This document shows positions 20,960-31,128 of a stretch of DNA of 64,000 nucleotides, one piece after another; the first letter of the stretch is position 1; each line of letters starts with the position of its first letter. The notes below the pieces were generated by a model, which saw nothing but the letters and a program-made list of their open reading frames with translations, ran no database searches and was not told the DNA's origin. The position numbers and the translations under genes were made by a program. The DNA comes from Gemmatales bacterium (lineage in GTDB: Bacteria; Planctomycetota; Planctomycetia; Gemmatales; HRBIN36). The stretch lies in the NCBI GenBank assembly GCA_041640595.1, contig JBEPZY010000002.1:242984-306983 (forward strand). The letters are read 5' to 3'.

Positions 20960-21680
20960 CAAGAGCGGCGGGCGTTAGCCCGCCGTGCCTGTGGGTAACG
21001 CATGTGCAACGGGAGACAGTTTCGTCGTGATCGGCGGCCGTGATTCTCAAGAGCGGCGGGCGTCACCCCGCCGTGGGTGTGTGATACAAGCCATACGCCG
21101 GAGGTACGACGCACTGTTCGGCGACTACCGCACGCAGGAACAAGATCGGCACACGTCACCCCGCCGTGCGTATGAGTATCGCACCTGCAATCGCGTTCGT
21201 CCCCCACGGTCGGCTCACGCCGACCGCTCTTGGTCCCACAACGCACGTTCAATGCGAGGTGCGCGATTTGCGATGCACAAACGCGCGTTCCCAAGAGCGG
21301 CGGGCGTCAGCCCGCCGTGGTCGGCGAAGCGCCCATGCAACGGCGTTAGTTTCCCACGGCTGGCTTACGCCAGCCGCTCCTGATCGGGCGACGAACATTC
21401 ACCGCAAATCGCGTGATTTGCGATGCACATACGCGCGTTCCCAAGACCGGCACACGTCACCCCGCCGTGCGTGTAGGTAACGCATCTGCAACGGGAGACG
21501 GTTTCGTCGTGACCGGCAGCCGTGATTCTCAAGAGCGGCGGGCGTCAGCCCGCCGTGGGCGTGTGATACAAGCCATACGCCGGAGGAACAACACACTGTT
21601 CGGCGACCACCGCACGCACGTACAAGACCGGCACCCGTCACCCCGCCGTGCGTCTGGATAACGCACTTGCAATCGCGTTC
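20960..21680. repeat. REP-like palindrome cluster 3
   Basis: Several intact and degenerate AAGAGCGGCGGGCGTYAGCCCGCCGTG units with duplicated linkers. Confidence 0.9.
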
Positions 21681-21804
21681 GTTTTCGCCGAATGAGCAGC
21701 GTTGCACCTTCGCCCATACTGAAATCGGCGAATCTCCCGGCAGTGTCAGACCGCGAATAATAATTCTGCCAGGCAGTCCGTCGCATGTCCGAGGAGGTAT
21801 GGTC

Positions 21805-22221
21805 ATGAGCGAGAGCAGTCCGGGTGAACGCAAAATTATCGTGGATGAGGACTGGAAAGAACAGGCACGACGGGAAGCGGAAGCAACCCAGGCGGCCATA
21901 GACGCAGAACGCCAGCAGAAGCAAACCGCCATGCCCCCCGCTTCCTTCACGCTGCTGGTGCAGAGTCTGGTATCGCAGGCCCTGATCGCTCTCGGTCAGG
22001 CCGAGAATCCGCTCACCGGTCAGCGCTCGCCCGATCTCGAGATGGCCCGTTTCCACATTGATATGCTGGGCGTGCTGGAGGAAAAAACGAAGGGTAATCT
22101 CAGCCGACAGGAGGAGAACTTCCTTCGCGGTTGGCTCTTCGACCTTCGCCTGCGCTACGTGCAAACCGCTTCCCCACCCTCCGATTCGACCACTCCTCCG
22201 CAACCCGAAAAGAATCCATAG
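21805..22221 (+). CDS. DUF1844 domain protein
   Basis: IIVDEDWKEQA, PPASF..LV.SL..QALIALG..ENP, ARFHIDMLGVLEEKTKGNL; RBS gaggagg. Confidence 0.85.
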   Translation: MSESSPGERKIIVDEDWKEQARREAEATQAAIDAERQQKQTAMPPASFTLLVQSLVSQALIALGQAENPLTGQRSPDLEMARFHIDMLGVLEEKTKGNLSRQEENFLRGWLFDLRLRYVQTASPPSDSTTPPQPEKNP

Positions 22222-22303
22222 TGCCGCGAACCTGGCAGCCTATATCACCGCACTGTTCACACTCTCAAAGCCACTAACAATCCGTATAATGCCCCGCTGC
22301 CCC

Positions 22304-22397
22304 ACACCTCTAACTAGATTTCCGCGCTTGCGCGTAGCTGTTGAGCTTGCTACGAATTGCATCAGCGCCATACCTCTAATTAGATTTCCGCGCTTGC
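22304..22397. repeat. 28-bp direct repeat pair, period 66
   Basis: aYacctctaaYtagatttccgcgcttgc at 22304 and 22370 (26/28 identical). Confidence 0.8.
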
Positions 22398-22591
22398 TCC
22401 TTGCTCGAAACCGCTAACAATGCTTAGAACGACGGGCTTAGTAGCCGGCATCGCTGCATTATTGACACGCCGCAATCCATTAAGCGTATCCGACTAAGCA
22501 ACTTAGTCGCCGCTCGTACCAGCGCGCACGGTAGCATGGCAAACTCAACCGCACGGTATTTCGGGTAGTCGCCAAAAGGTGGATCGTGTCG

Positions 22592-23011
22592 TTATCGGGC
22601 CCTCGCCAGACTGATCCGCATATAGGCCAGCGCATAAGCGTCTATACATGTAGTCGACCAGGCAAGACAGGCAGGGTACAGTTCCTCAGGATAAAACCAA
22701 AGATAAAAGACTGTCCCGCCTAACAACGCAATAGCTAATCTGGGCCACCGAATGAATGGAGCCAGAACCCACTGACAGGCCATGCGCCATCCTTTACGAA
22801 AGCCTATATAGCCTCCGTAAAGGCACCAGAGGGTCGCGGGGATACCAAGAAGAATTCTCATCCCCCAAACACTCCAGGACCACAGGCGGGCTAGCGGTGA
22901 ACCAGGCAGGTATAAATCCGCGAACCAAATCACTAAAGCAGTCCTCGCGGCGTGTGACCAAATAGCCCTGTCAGGGGGATACGTCGAAGCCACAGGCATG
23001 CACCCGACCAC
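22592..23011 (-). CDS. Small multi-TM protein, candidate RHS immunity protein
   Basis: Hydrophobic Trp-rich 139-aa ORF directly downstream of the RHS C-terminal domain, same strand, atypical composition; start uncertain. Confidence 0.45.
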   Translation of the reverse strand: MVGCMPVASTYPPDRAIWSHAARTALVIWFADLYLPGSPLARLWSWSVWGMRILLGIPATLWCLYGGYIGFRKGWRMACQWVLAPFIRWPRLAIALLGGTVFYLWFYPEELYPACLAWSTTCIDAYALAYMRISLARAR

Positions 23012-23069
23012 GTCCTGATTAGGTGTTCGCCCAGTTAAAACGCCTCGACATCGGTTCAGGCCTTTCTAT

Positions 23070-24152
23070 CTAATGATGCACCGGTGGCAAGGGCGGAATT
23101 TTTCCCGTGCGCCTTAGCGTTACCCACCAGGGCAAGGCTGTTACCAGCCATTCGTAAATCACGCCCGCCACGGCCCCAACCCAGAAACCGTTGTTAAGTC
23201 CACACCGCGCCCCAACCTTCGCACCGCTAGCAAAGTCATCGCCTTGCTTACTGCCCTCCACCGAACCGACGATTCCGCCGGCGGTTGCCCCCACTATGCC
23301 CACGGTAAAGATCACAACCCCTCCGGGGCCGGTGCCTACGATGACCACAAAAATCCCGATAGCCGTCAAGCCACCAACCACGTAGCCCGTAACTGCACCA
23401 CCAGTGCTTCCTGAGTTGACCGGCCCAGTCAACCAGTCGACAACCGGATCGGGAAGGTGCCTAACCAGCCAGTCGAAAACATCTTCCCCTCTTGGATCCG
23501 CCGCACTCACCGGCGAGTTGAACACATACCGGTACAGGTTCGTATCGCCGGCGGTGAACGAGAGCGGGTCTTCGCGGAGGAAACGACCCTGGTGCTCGCA
23601 CCAACTATAGTAAGACTAAGCGACTCAGTTGCGGATCGTACCAGCGGGCACGGTAGCTATATAGTTTCGGCCGACACGCTAATAATACAGACTTAGGGCG
23701 GCGTCGAGTTCGCGGGCGGTGAACTTGAACCGGTCGCCGGCCGAGGGATTCGTCTCACTCAACACGTTGCCGAAACTGTCATACGTGATTTCGTCTAACA
23801 CTTCTAAGCCGTTACCATAACCGACGGCATGTGGCGGATCAATGTCGGCAGCTACATGAAAGCTCAGCTCTAAGCTCTTAACATAACCGCCGGCGTCGCG
23901 CACGATAGCCCGCACCGAGCCGATATAGTCCGTCAGATACCGGTCGGGAATGCCGCTAACCGGGTCGATCAGGCCGACGACCGATCAAGCTACCCACCGG
24001 CAGTTATAGTTCGCTCTGCATAGGTGCCTGTCACGACCCCCCGATGAAGTCAAGGTAATCAGGTACTCGCAACTGCCAGTCACAGTTCGCTCTCCATAGA
24101 TCTTCGTCGCCGGGTCTAACCGTGCTAACACCTGATCTATATCCGGGCCATA
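23070..24152 (-). pseudogene. Fragmented RHS core with an intact C-terminal Gly-zipper toxin-like domain
   Basis: Ordered RHS motifs YGPDIDQVLAR, YLTDYIGSVR, ITYDSFG, FKFTARELD, YRARWYDPQL, GRFLREDP, NLYRYVFNSP..DPRG, interrupted by stops and inserts. Confidence 0.85.
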
Positions 24153-24480
24153 ATCGCGATAGGCTTTAGATATTCGAACCGTTCATCACACGCGCCAACT
24201 TCCCTAGACGGTGATAGACCTGACTATGCTGGTGCGTGGCTTCAGGGATTACATATCTGCATCAATGATATATCTCACCAAGCGGAATCCCAGCCTCACG
24301 CATTTGCCTAATACTGTCCCAGTTCGGAGGTGGTTTTCTAGACGAACTGCGCCATGGACAACCAGTGGCGACCCATTTGTGGCGAAGTACGCGATGAATC
24401 TCGGCTCGCACTTTTGAGCTCGTGAATGCTTCGTCTATTAACCTACCGTTCAATTTGACATCGTCTAAGCCGAACTGAGT

Positions 24481-24721
24481 GGAAGAACTCCGGGTAAGGT
24501 TGGCGTCATTATTCTGGGGTTTGTGTGTGCAAGTTGACCTTCGTTGCGGGAGAACTCCGGGTAAGTTGGCGGTCATTATTCCGGGAGATTGGACGTCCAA
24601 TTTGGCGTTCGCTCCGGAAGAAGTCTGGGGGAGGGTAGGCGTCGTTGTTCGGCGGATCGCACTTTTAGTGCCGGTACCGCCACAAGCACGTCCACGGAAC
24701 GTAGCCGTTGTTATTCGGGGG
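24481..24721. repeat. Degenerate 4-unit direct-repeat array, period about 67 bp
   Basis: agaactccgggtaag.ttggcg.tcattattc.ggg at 24484 and 24551; more diverged copies at about 24616 and 24700. Confidence 0.65.
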
Positions 24722-25148
24722 AGTGTGGGGAGTGGCTGGTGAGGAGGTCGAGGACGGTGCGGTTGGCTTCCGGGAAGGGGAGCTGGTGGAGTTGGTGCAC
24801 AGGTACCCAGAAAAACGGCGGCCGTGGTGGCTGGCGATCTGGTAACTGGCATTCGACGAAAATCAGTCGCAATCGGCCATAGGGATAGGTATGCTCGACT
24901 TCGCACAGTCGCCGGGAAGCGTGCACGACCAGGCCGGTTTCTTCGAGGCATTCGCGGACAGCGGCCTGTTCGGGGGACTCGCCGGGTGCACACTTGCCGC
25001 CCGGGAACTCGGCCAGGCCCGCCAGAGGCACCTGGGCGGGGCGAATTCCCACCAGCACCTCGTTGCCCGAGCGCACCACAGCAATGGCAATCGGCATGGG
25101 CGCCTGGGATCGGCAAGCGGGATCGTGCTGGGCTGAAGATGGGGCCAT
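24711..25148 (-). CDS. MutT-like NUDIX hydrolase
   Basis: EFPGGK..PGESPEQAAVRECLEETGL Nudix box and FPEAN; start uncertain. Confidence 0.85.
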   Translation of the reverse strand: MAPSSAQHDPACRSQAPMPIAIAVVRSGNEVLVGIRPAQVPLAGLAEFPGGKCAPGESPEQAAVRECLEETGLVVHASRRLCEVEHTYPYGRLRLIFVECQLPDRQPPRPPFFWVPVHQLHQLPFPEANRTVLDLLTSHSPHSPE

Positions 25149-25199
25149 GCTTCGGTGAGTTCCGTGCACGTACTCAGGCACCGGGCAACGCGGATCGGT

Positions 25200-25664
25200 T
25201 TATCCTGGCGGGGACGGCGATTTTTTGCCGCTCTCCGCAGCTGGCAAAGATTTGACGACCAGCACCAGTCCGGGGGCCTTGCGCATGACCTGTTCGGCAA
25301 TACTGCCCAGAAGCACTCGCGTCAGGGCACCGTGGCCGTGCGAACCGAGCACGATGCAATCGGCTCCCGTGTCCGCAGCTACTCGCAGGATCGTCTCCGC
25401 CGGTGGTCCTTCGACGAGACGTTTTTCGACAGGCAGATCGGCAGCCTGATAGCGGGACATAGCGCGTTCGGCCTGGTGGCGATACTCGGCCACGGGGAGT
25501 CCCTGCAGGACGGCTTCGTAACCGGCAATTTCCGGCGGGATAACGTGTAGCACAATCAATCGTGCCCCGGTCGCCCGTGCCAGCTGACTGGCAACCTGCC
25601 AGGCCTGCTCGGCGCTGGGGGAAAAATCTGTCGCAAGCAGGATGGTTCGCGGGAGCGTTGGCAT
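25200..25664 (-). CDS. Universal stress protein (UspA family)
   Basis: ILLATDFS, IVLGSHG, LLGSIAEQVMRKAP..VLVV. Confidence 0.92.
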   Translation of the reverse strand: MPTLPRTILLATDFSPSAEQAWQVASQLARATGARLIVLHVIPPEIAGYEAVLQGLPVAEYRHQAERAMSRYQAADLPVEKRLVEGPPAETILRVAADTGADCIVLGSHGHGALTRVLLGSIAEQVMRKAPGLVLVVKSLPAAESGKKSPSPPG

Positions 25665-25753
25665 TTTGACTGACCCCGCGGGCTTCGGTGTGCAAAAATT
25701 ATCCTGGTGGAACTATCCGCCGTCGGTCGCAGCCCGGCGATATTGTACCGGAT

Positions 25754-27130
25754 TCAACGGCGGGCAACAATTTGATAGCGGCGGAGTTTGTTGAAAAGCG
25801 TGCGCAGGGAAATGCCCAGTAGTGCGGCGGCACGTCGGCGATGACCACCGGTGCGGCGTAATGCCTCTAAAATGGCCCGGCGTTCGATTTCTTCCAGCCG
25901 CAAGGTCGTCCCTGGCTCGGGAGAAGGACGCTGGATCGCTTCGCGGTCGGGCTGAGGGCAAGCAGCATCGCACAGTTGCGGCTTTGCGGTGAGCGAGTCG
26001 GCGTCGGAGATACCGTCGTGCGGCAGGCCCGGAGGAGTGACCGGGTTCGGCGGGTGCGAATTTTCCGTCACCAAATCCGGTGGCACCTGACCAGCCAGCG
26101 TGGTGGCGGAGAAATGTTCCGGCAAGAGTAGCACACAGCCGCAACACTGTGCGTACAGGGCGGCCTGGAAGATGGCGTTGCGGAGCTGGCGAACGTTGCC
26201 GGGCCAGCTTTGTGCGGCCAGCCAGTTCAGCGTAGCCGCGGCAAAATGCAAAGACGGTTGCGAAAGCTCCTGCCGCGCCTGGGTCAGGAAAAACTCGGCC
26301 AGCAGCGGAATGTCCTCCCGTCGCTGTCGCAAAGCGGGCAATTGCAAACGCAGCACGCTCAGACGATGCAGCAAATCCGCACGAAACCGTCCCAGTCGCA
26401 CCAGCGCTTCCAGCGGCCGATTGCTCAAAGCCAGCACCCGCACGGATACCGTTTTGCTGCGGGCCGAGCCCAAACGTTGCACCTGCTGTTCTTCCAGGAC
26501 ACGCAGCAATTTCCCTTGCAGGGCCAGGGGCAATTCACTGATTTCATCCAGAAGCAAAGTTCCGCCGTCGGCACGTTCAAAATAGCCGGGTCGGCTGCAG
26601 GTCGCTCCTGTGTAGGAACCGCGTTCACAACCGAACAATTCGCTCTCGGCAAGCGATTCGGGCAGGGCAGCACAGTTGACGGCAAGGAACGGCCCAGCCT
26701 GGCGACGACTCCAGCGGTGAATCCACCGGGCGAGACATTCCTTGCCGGTACCGGTTTCGCCACAGATCAAAACAGGCCAGTCCGTTTGCGCCATTCGCCA
26801 CGCCAGCCGTAACACTTCCTGCATGACTGTGCTACCGGCGATGAAACCGGGCAACGGCATGGGTGAAGTACCAGTGTAGCCGTCTGTTTCGGAAAAAACT
26901 GTCCTGACAGACGGTGAAACTTGCGGCCGATCGCTTCCGCTTGCCGATAGATGCACATCACCCGCCGGGTTTCCTTCAGCAGCAAGCGTGGGAACGGACG
27001 GAGTGTTTGCACCGGGCGGAACGTCGGGCGAAGCAAGCGACGACGGCTTCGTGGCCGAGTCAGCGACGAACTGCGCTACTTCGTGAAGGTGCTGCCATAA
27101 CGGTGTCGCCGCAAGCTGCGGTGGACTCAC
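25754..27130 (-). CDS. Sigma-54 enhancer-binding protein (AAA+ and Fis HTH, no receiver domain)
   Basis: GETGTGKE, VNCAALP, ESELFG, GSYTGA, LLDEI, FRADLLHRL, WPGNVRQL, AAALLGISLRTL; start tentatively GTG 27130. Confidence 0.88.
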   Translation of the reverse strand: MSPPQLAATPLWQHLHEVAQFVADSATKPSSLASPDVPPGANTPSVPTLAAEGNPAGDVHLSASGSDRPQVSPSVRTVFSETDGYTGTSPMPLPGFIAGSTVMQEVLRLAWRMAQTDWPVLICGETGTGKECLARWIHRWSRRQAGPFLAVNCAALPESLAESELFGCERGSYTGATCSRPGYFERADGGTLLLDEISELPLALQGKLLRVLEEQQVQRLGSARSKTVSVRVLALSNRPLEALVRLGRFRADLLHRLSVLRLQLPALRQRREDIPLLAEFFLTQARQELSQPSLHFAAATLNWLAAQSWPGNVRQLRNAIFQAALYAQCCGCVLLLPEHFSATTLAGQVPPDLVTENSHPPNPVTPPGLPHDGISDADSLTAKPQLCDAACPQPDREAIQRPSPEPGTTLRLEEIERRAILEALRRTGGHRRRAAALLGISLRTLFNKLRRYQIVARR

Positions 27131-27137
27131 CGCCGGT

Positions 27138-27698
27138 TCAGACGGAAGCGATGTAGCCGGGGTCGTTCTGGTTGTCGGCCTGGTGCTGTTCCGCGGAGGC
27201 ATACGGACCGATGGCCTGGGTGGCAGTGGGTGTCGGCTCAGTGGCCTGAGCAAGCGGAGCTGTATCGGAGTGATCGGCTGAAGTCAGCGTGGCCAGGGCT
27301 GTCGCATAGGCTCGATACAGATTCTCTGCCTGATGCAGGCCCGTCAGTTGCCGATTCAGCCCGCTGCAGTGCTGTTCGGTGAGTTGTTCCGCTTCGTTCA
27401 GGCTTTGCAAAACTCGGCTGAGCAGGTGCAGGACCTGTTGCTTTTTGTCGGCCAGAACGGTACTTCGCGTTGCGGGCATGTCGGTCGAGTCCGACAGTGC
27501 GGAAGAAAGCGCGGCCAGCAATTCTGCCGACCGCTCCACTTCTCGATACATTCGCTGCAATGCTTCCCCGCCGAACTGACCGCTGCCGAGAGCAGCGCGA
27601 TACTCGGAAAGGTGTTGCTCGACCCGTTGATAACTTTCCGCCAGGCGGTCGAGCAGAGATTCTGGCGAAGTGAGCAGAGATTCGGCAGGCATGACCAT
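27138..27698 (-). CDS. Helical hypothetical protein (possibly an FlgN/FliT-like chaperone)
   Basis: Amphipathic coiled-coil pattern, co-oriented in the operon; family assignment speculative. Confidence 0.55.
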   Translation of the reverse strand: MVMPAESLLTSPESLLDRLAESYQRVEQHLSEYRAALGSGQFGGEALQRMYREVERSAELLAALSSALSDSTDMPATRSTVLADKKQQVLHLLSRVLQSLNEAEQLTEQHCSGLNRQLTGLHQAENLYRAYATALATLTSADHSDTAPLAQATEPTPTATQAIGPYASAEQHQADNQNDPGYIASV

Positions 27699-27880
27699 CT
27701 CCGACAGCGAGTAGCCAGGTCAGACGGTTTTGCTCAGGCGGCCGGGTGAGGTTTTCCCGGCCCATGTCCTCGTCGCAAGAAGCTGTGACTTGCGGCTTGC
27801 GGATCGCTTGGCGTTGCGGTAAGAACTCGGACGTGGCATTCCTGGTCATTGAGTCTCGTGGCTTGCGGATCGCGGATGGC

Positions 27881-28921
27881 TTAGCGTTGCTGATCGGAAT
27901 GCTCACGCCGCGAGCGAAGCTCCGTCAGTCGGCGTTGCGTTTCCTGTTGCCAGCGCAGGTGGGTCAATTGCCAGCGGGCACATTCCACCGCAAAAGCATC
28001 GGTGCGACTGTTGGCAATTTCTCGTAAAAGCTGCAGGGCTTCGTCGTGCCGGCCCAGTTTGCGTAAGCAAGATGCTTGCAGATATTGCACCAGCAGGCGG
28101 TCTTCCCGGGAAAGCGTGGTGGTATCGAGCAATCGGAAAGCAGCCAGGGCACCTTCGTAATTGCCGGCGCGGAAAAGCATCTGGGCCAGTTCCATTGGAG
28201 CAATCGGTTTCTCGCCGATGGCAGTGTCGGTGGAGTTGCTCCGCGGCCTGGGGGAAGCGGTATCGGAAGAGTGTTTCGCTGCTGGATCGGGTGTGTGCGT
28301 GCCGGCGGGCTTGCCGGGAGCCGCTGGTCGCGGTGGGACGGTATCCGCAGGCGTTGCCGTCGGGTCACTGCCCGTTGGGAAAGTGGTCTCCCTGGCCGGG
28401 CCGGTTCGGGAAGAGGCAGGCGCGGACGGAGCGCTTCTCGGCTCGGATGAGGTATGTGCGTTCGCAGGAGTGGCGCCATTCAGCACCCACTGCCAGAGCA
28501 ACCGCTGCACCTGAAGCGATACGGTATCGCCAGGAGCAGCCTCAGGGTCGGGCGGCGGTAAATGGGGTTGTTGACGCACCTGCCGCAACCTTTCCCGCTC
28601 CTGGCGTAACTGCTCCAGAGCTTCGCGGAGTTGCTGGCTTTGCGCGGTGTCGGAAGGAGCAGGTGGAACGGATCGCCGTTGGGCACCAGGCGGACAATTC
28701 GTGCCAGGCCGACAGCTGGTGCCCGGCGCGTGGGTCGGGGCAGGCGGTTGCAATTCCTGTGGCAGGGTGCGCGGCGGAGGTAACTCACGATCGCCTTCCA
28801 CCGGCGGAGCAGCCCATAGCATCGCGCCGAGCAGAATCATCACGCTGACCGTCGCCGCCCAGCACACCAGGAGCGAAGCTGCTCGGCCTATCAGACCAGG
28901 GCCATATCGCAAGCGACACAT
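27881..28921 (-). CDS. Secreted/membrane-anchored Pro-rich protein with C-terminal TPR
   Basis: N-terminal hydrophobic segment, Pro-rich linker, LAQMLFRAGNYEGAL..YLQASCLRKLGRHDEA TPR pattern; RBS gagga. Confidence 0.75.
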   Translation of the reverse strand: MCRLRYGPGLIGRAASLLVCWAATVSVMILLGAMLWAAPPVEGDRELPPPRTLPQELQPPAPTHAPGTSCRPGTNCPPGAQRRSVPPAPSDTAQSQQLREALEQLRQERERLRQVRQQPHLPPPDPEAAPGDTVSLQVQRLLWQWVLNGATPANAHTSSEPRSAPSAPASSRTGPARETTFPTGSDPTATPADTVPPRPAAPGKPAGTHTPDPAAKHSSDTASPRPRSNSTDTAIGEKPIAPMELAQMLFRAGNYEGALAAFRLLDTTTLSREDRLLVQYLQASCLRKLGRHDEALQLLREIANSRTDAFAVECARWQLTHLRWQQETQRRLTELRSRREHSDQQR

Positions 28922-28944
28922 GGCGTTTCCTCTTCGCATGGGTT

Positions 28945-31128
28945 TCACGGTTCGGGGAGGCGTCCGGCAAAGCAATGGGCCGCACGGCGAGTATCACCGA
29001 GGACGGCATACGCTTCGCCCATCAGGCGTAACAAAGCTTGCATCGGCACCTTTTCCGGTCGCAAAAGTACCTGCCGGGCATGTTCCAGACATTGCTCCGG
29101 ATTGCCTTCCTCCAAAGCGCACCGGGCCAGCAACCAGTGAGCCCTGGCGACGTGGTCGGGATTGCCGGAACGGAGCGGTTCCTGGACAGCCTGACGGAGT
29201 TGGTCAAATTGCCGACAAAGCAACGCACTTTCCGCATAAGCCAGCAGCAATTCCAGCCGACAGACCGAACGGGAACGCGGCAGAACGGTTTGATACAGAC
29301 GGCAGGCCTGTTCCGGTAAGTGCAGGTGCATCCAGGCGCGACCGCCGAGCAATGGGCCGAGCGGTTCCAGCCATTGCCAGTCGTGCACGTGCAACAATGC
29401 TGCGAGCAGGTCCTCCGCGCGGCGCATTCGCTCAGCCGATCCGCTGGCCAGCTGGGCCCGTGCCAGGGCGTCCAGAAAAGCGGCACTGTAGCGATACGGT
29501 TCTTTTTGCAAAGCCTGGCGCTGGCGCACGAGCAAATCATGGGCTGCCGCAGCGTTGTCCAGATAAAGCCAGCAGCAGGCCAGCCACAACTGGGCGATAC
29601 ACCGAACCGGCGAATCCGCCGGAGCGTATGCCGCTCGCCGTAACGGAGCTATGGCTGATTCGACCTGCAATTGTTCCAGCTCCGCACGGGCTAAATACAA
29701 ATAAGCCAGGTTGGCCAGGGAGTGTCCCGGGTTCTGGTCGGCAGCTCGCAGCCAGAAGCGTTTGCCAAGCTCCAACTGGCCCTGACGCCAGTAAAGCACA
29801 CCGAGATTGAAGCTGGCGTAGAAGGCCTCGGGAGTTTGCGACCAGCGAGCAATCAGCCGTTCCCACCACAGTGCGGCTTCCGTGAGCTGACCCAGCTGGT
29901 AATGGCATAACCCCAGCCAGGCGATCAGGCGATGCACCTGCGGCAAGGGCGTGTTGCTGGTTTCCAAAAGCAACCGGTTCAACGTGGCCAGCACACCGCG
30001 GAACTTGGTTTCGGCCACACGCTGGCGCAGGGAAACTTGAGGGGGTTCGACGGTAGCCGTTGCCCCCACCGCAACCGGTTTCGCGTCGCGCGCATCGAGT
30101 GAATTGGCGATGGCCAGTTCCTGCTCGGTCAGGATAAAAAGCCGCCGGCCGACCTGGTACCACAGGCAACCTTCCGGTTCCAGCACAAGCGTCAGCACTT
30201 CTGCCAGCGGAAAATTCGCCAATCGCACCGATTCTAACGTGCGCGACTTGAGCGTGGCCGTGGCTTTTTCCGACACGCTCAACTCCAGGCCGGTCTCCTG
30301 AGCCAGCCGGTGTAACAACTCCAGGCACGACCCCTGTGGTAACTGCAAGGCGATCAGCGATTCCTGCGGCTGAGCGGCAGGCGTGATTTGCAGCGATTCA
30401 CGACCGATCGGCCAGGGACGCACCGCCGACTCCCGCAGTCCTCGCAACCAGAGCCAGGATTCCTCCGGTGGTTCGACAGGCCAGCTGGGCCAGGCCAAAG
30501 ATGGCTCCAGAGGCCCCGGCTGGGCTGTTGGCACTCGCCGTTGTAAGGACATGACGGCGAAGCTCAATCGTGCCTGAGCGATAGCGGCGGGAATCTGAGC
30601 AGTACCTTCGCTGGCACGCAAAATGGCCTGTCCCAGGTGTTGAATGGCCAGTTCCGTCTGACCGCGTCGAGTTGCCAGCCGGCTCAGAGACAACCGACAG
30701 GCGAACTCCAGGACCGTGTTCGGATGCTCATGGGCGAGATCGCTATAGAGCTGCTGGGCCTGGTCCCACTTGCCGAGACCTTCCAGGCACACCGCCACGC
30801 GATAGCTCAGCAAAGGCGGGGCATGCTCCGGTGGGGCAATGCGGCGATAACAAGCCAGAGCGGTCGCGTAATCCTGCTCCAGTAACTTCTCGTCTCCACG
30901 GGCCTCGTGGTTGCCGGGAGTGTCCCCAGCACCGGCATTTTCCCGCTCTGACGACCGGGCATGGTCGGCGTTTATTCCGGGCCAGATGAGAACAGCAATG
31001 GTACCCGCCAGGGTGCCGAAAGCCAGCCCGGCCGCGGCAACGATTGCGACTAATACCATCTTGAGCCCGCGGCGGGTAACGGCGGCGCTGACAGGCATCG
31101 GCTCCGCACTCGAATGGACCTCGGCCAT
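28945..31128 (-). CDS. Membrane-anchored multi-TPR protein with an STN-like insert
   Basis: N-terminal TM, many TPR motifs, central LHRLAQETGLELSV...PLAEVLTLVLEPEG segment resembling a secretin/TonB N-domain. Confidence 0.75.
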   Translation of the reverse strand: MAEVHSSAEPMPVSAAVTRRGLKMVLVAIVAAAGLAFGTLAGTIAVLIWPGINADHARSSERENAGAGDTPGNHEARGDEKLLEQDYATALACYRRIAPPEHAPPLLSYRVAVCLEGLGKWDQAQQLYSDLAHEHPNTVLEFACRLSLSRLATRRGQTELAIQHLGQAILRASEGTAQIPAAIAQARLSFAVMSLQRRVPTAQPGPLEPSLAWPSWPVEPPEESWLWLRGLRESAVRPWPIGRESLQITPAAQPQESLIALQLPQGSCLELLHRLAQETGLELSVSEKATATLKSRTLESVRLANFPLAEVLTLVLEPEGCLWYQVGRRLFILTEQELAIANSLDARDAKPVAVGATATVEPPQVSLRQRVAETKFRGVLATLNRLLLETSNTPLPQVHRLIAWLGLCHYQLGQLTEAALWWERLIARWSQTPEAFYASFNLGVLYWRQGQLELGKRFWLRAADQNPGHSLANLAYLYLARAELEQLQVESAIAPLRRAAYAPADSPVRCIAQLWLACCWLYLDNAAAAHDLLVRQRQALQKEPYRYSAAFLDALARAQLASGSAERMRRAEDLLAALLHVHDWQWLEPLGPLLGGRAWMHLHLPEQACRLYQTVLPRSRSVCRLELLLAYAESALLCRQFDQLRQAVQEPLRSGNPDHVARAHWLLARCALEEGNPEQCLEHARQVLLRPEKVPMQALLRLMGEAYAVLGDTRRAAHCFAGRLPEP

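Noticed and set aside
24262..25116. 284-aa minus-strand ORF
   Set aside because: It overlaps the NUDIX gene out of frame and runs through the repeat array; no recognisable domain, although its last part could be a gene remnant.
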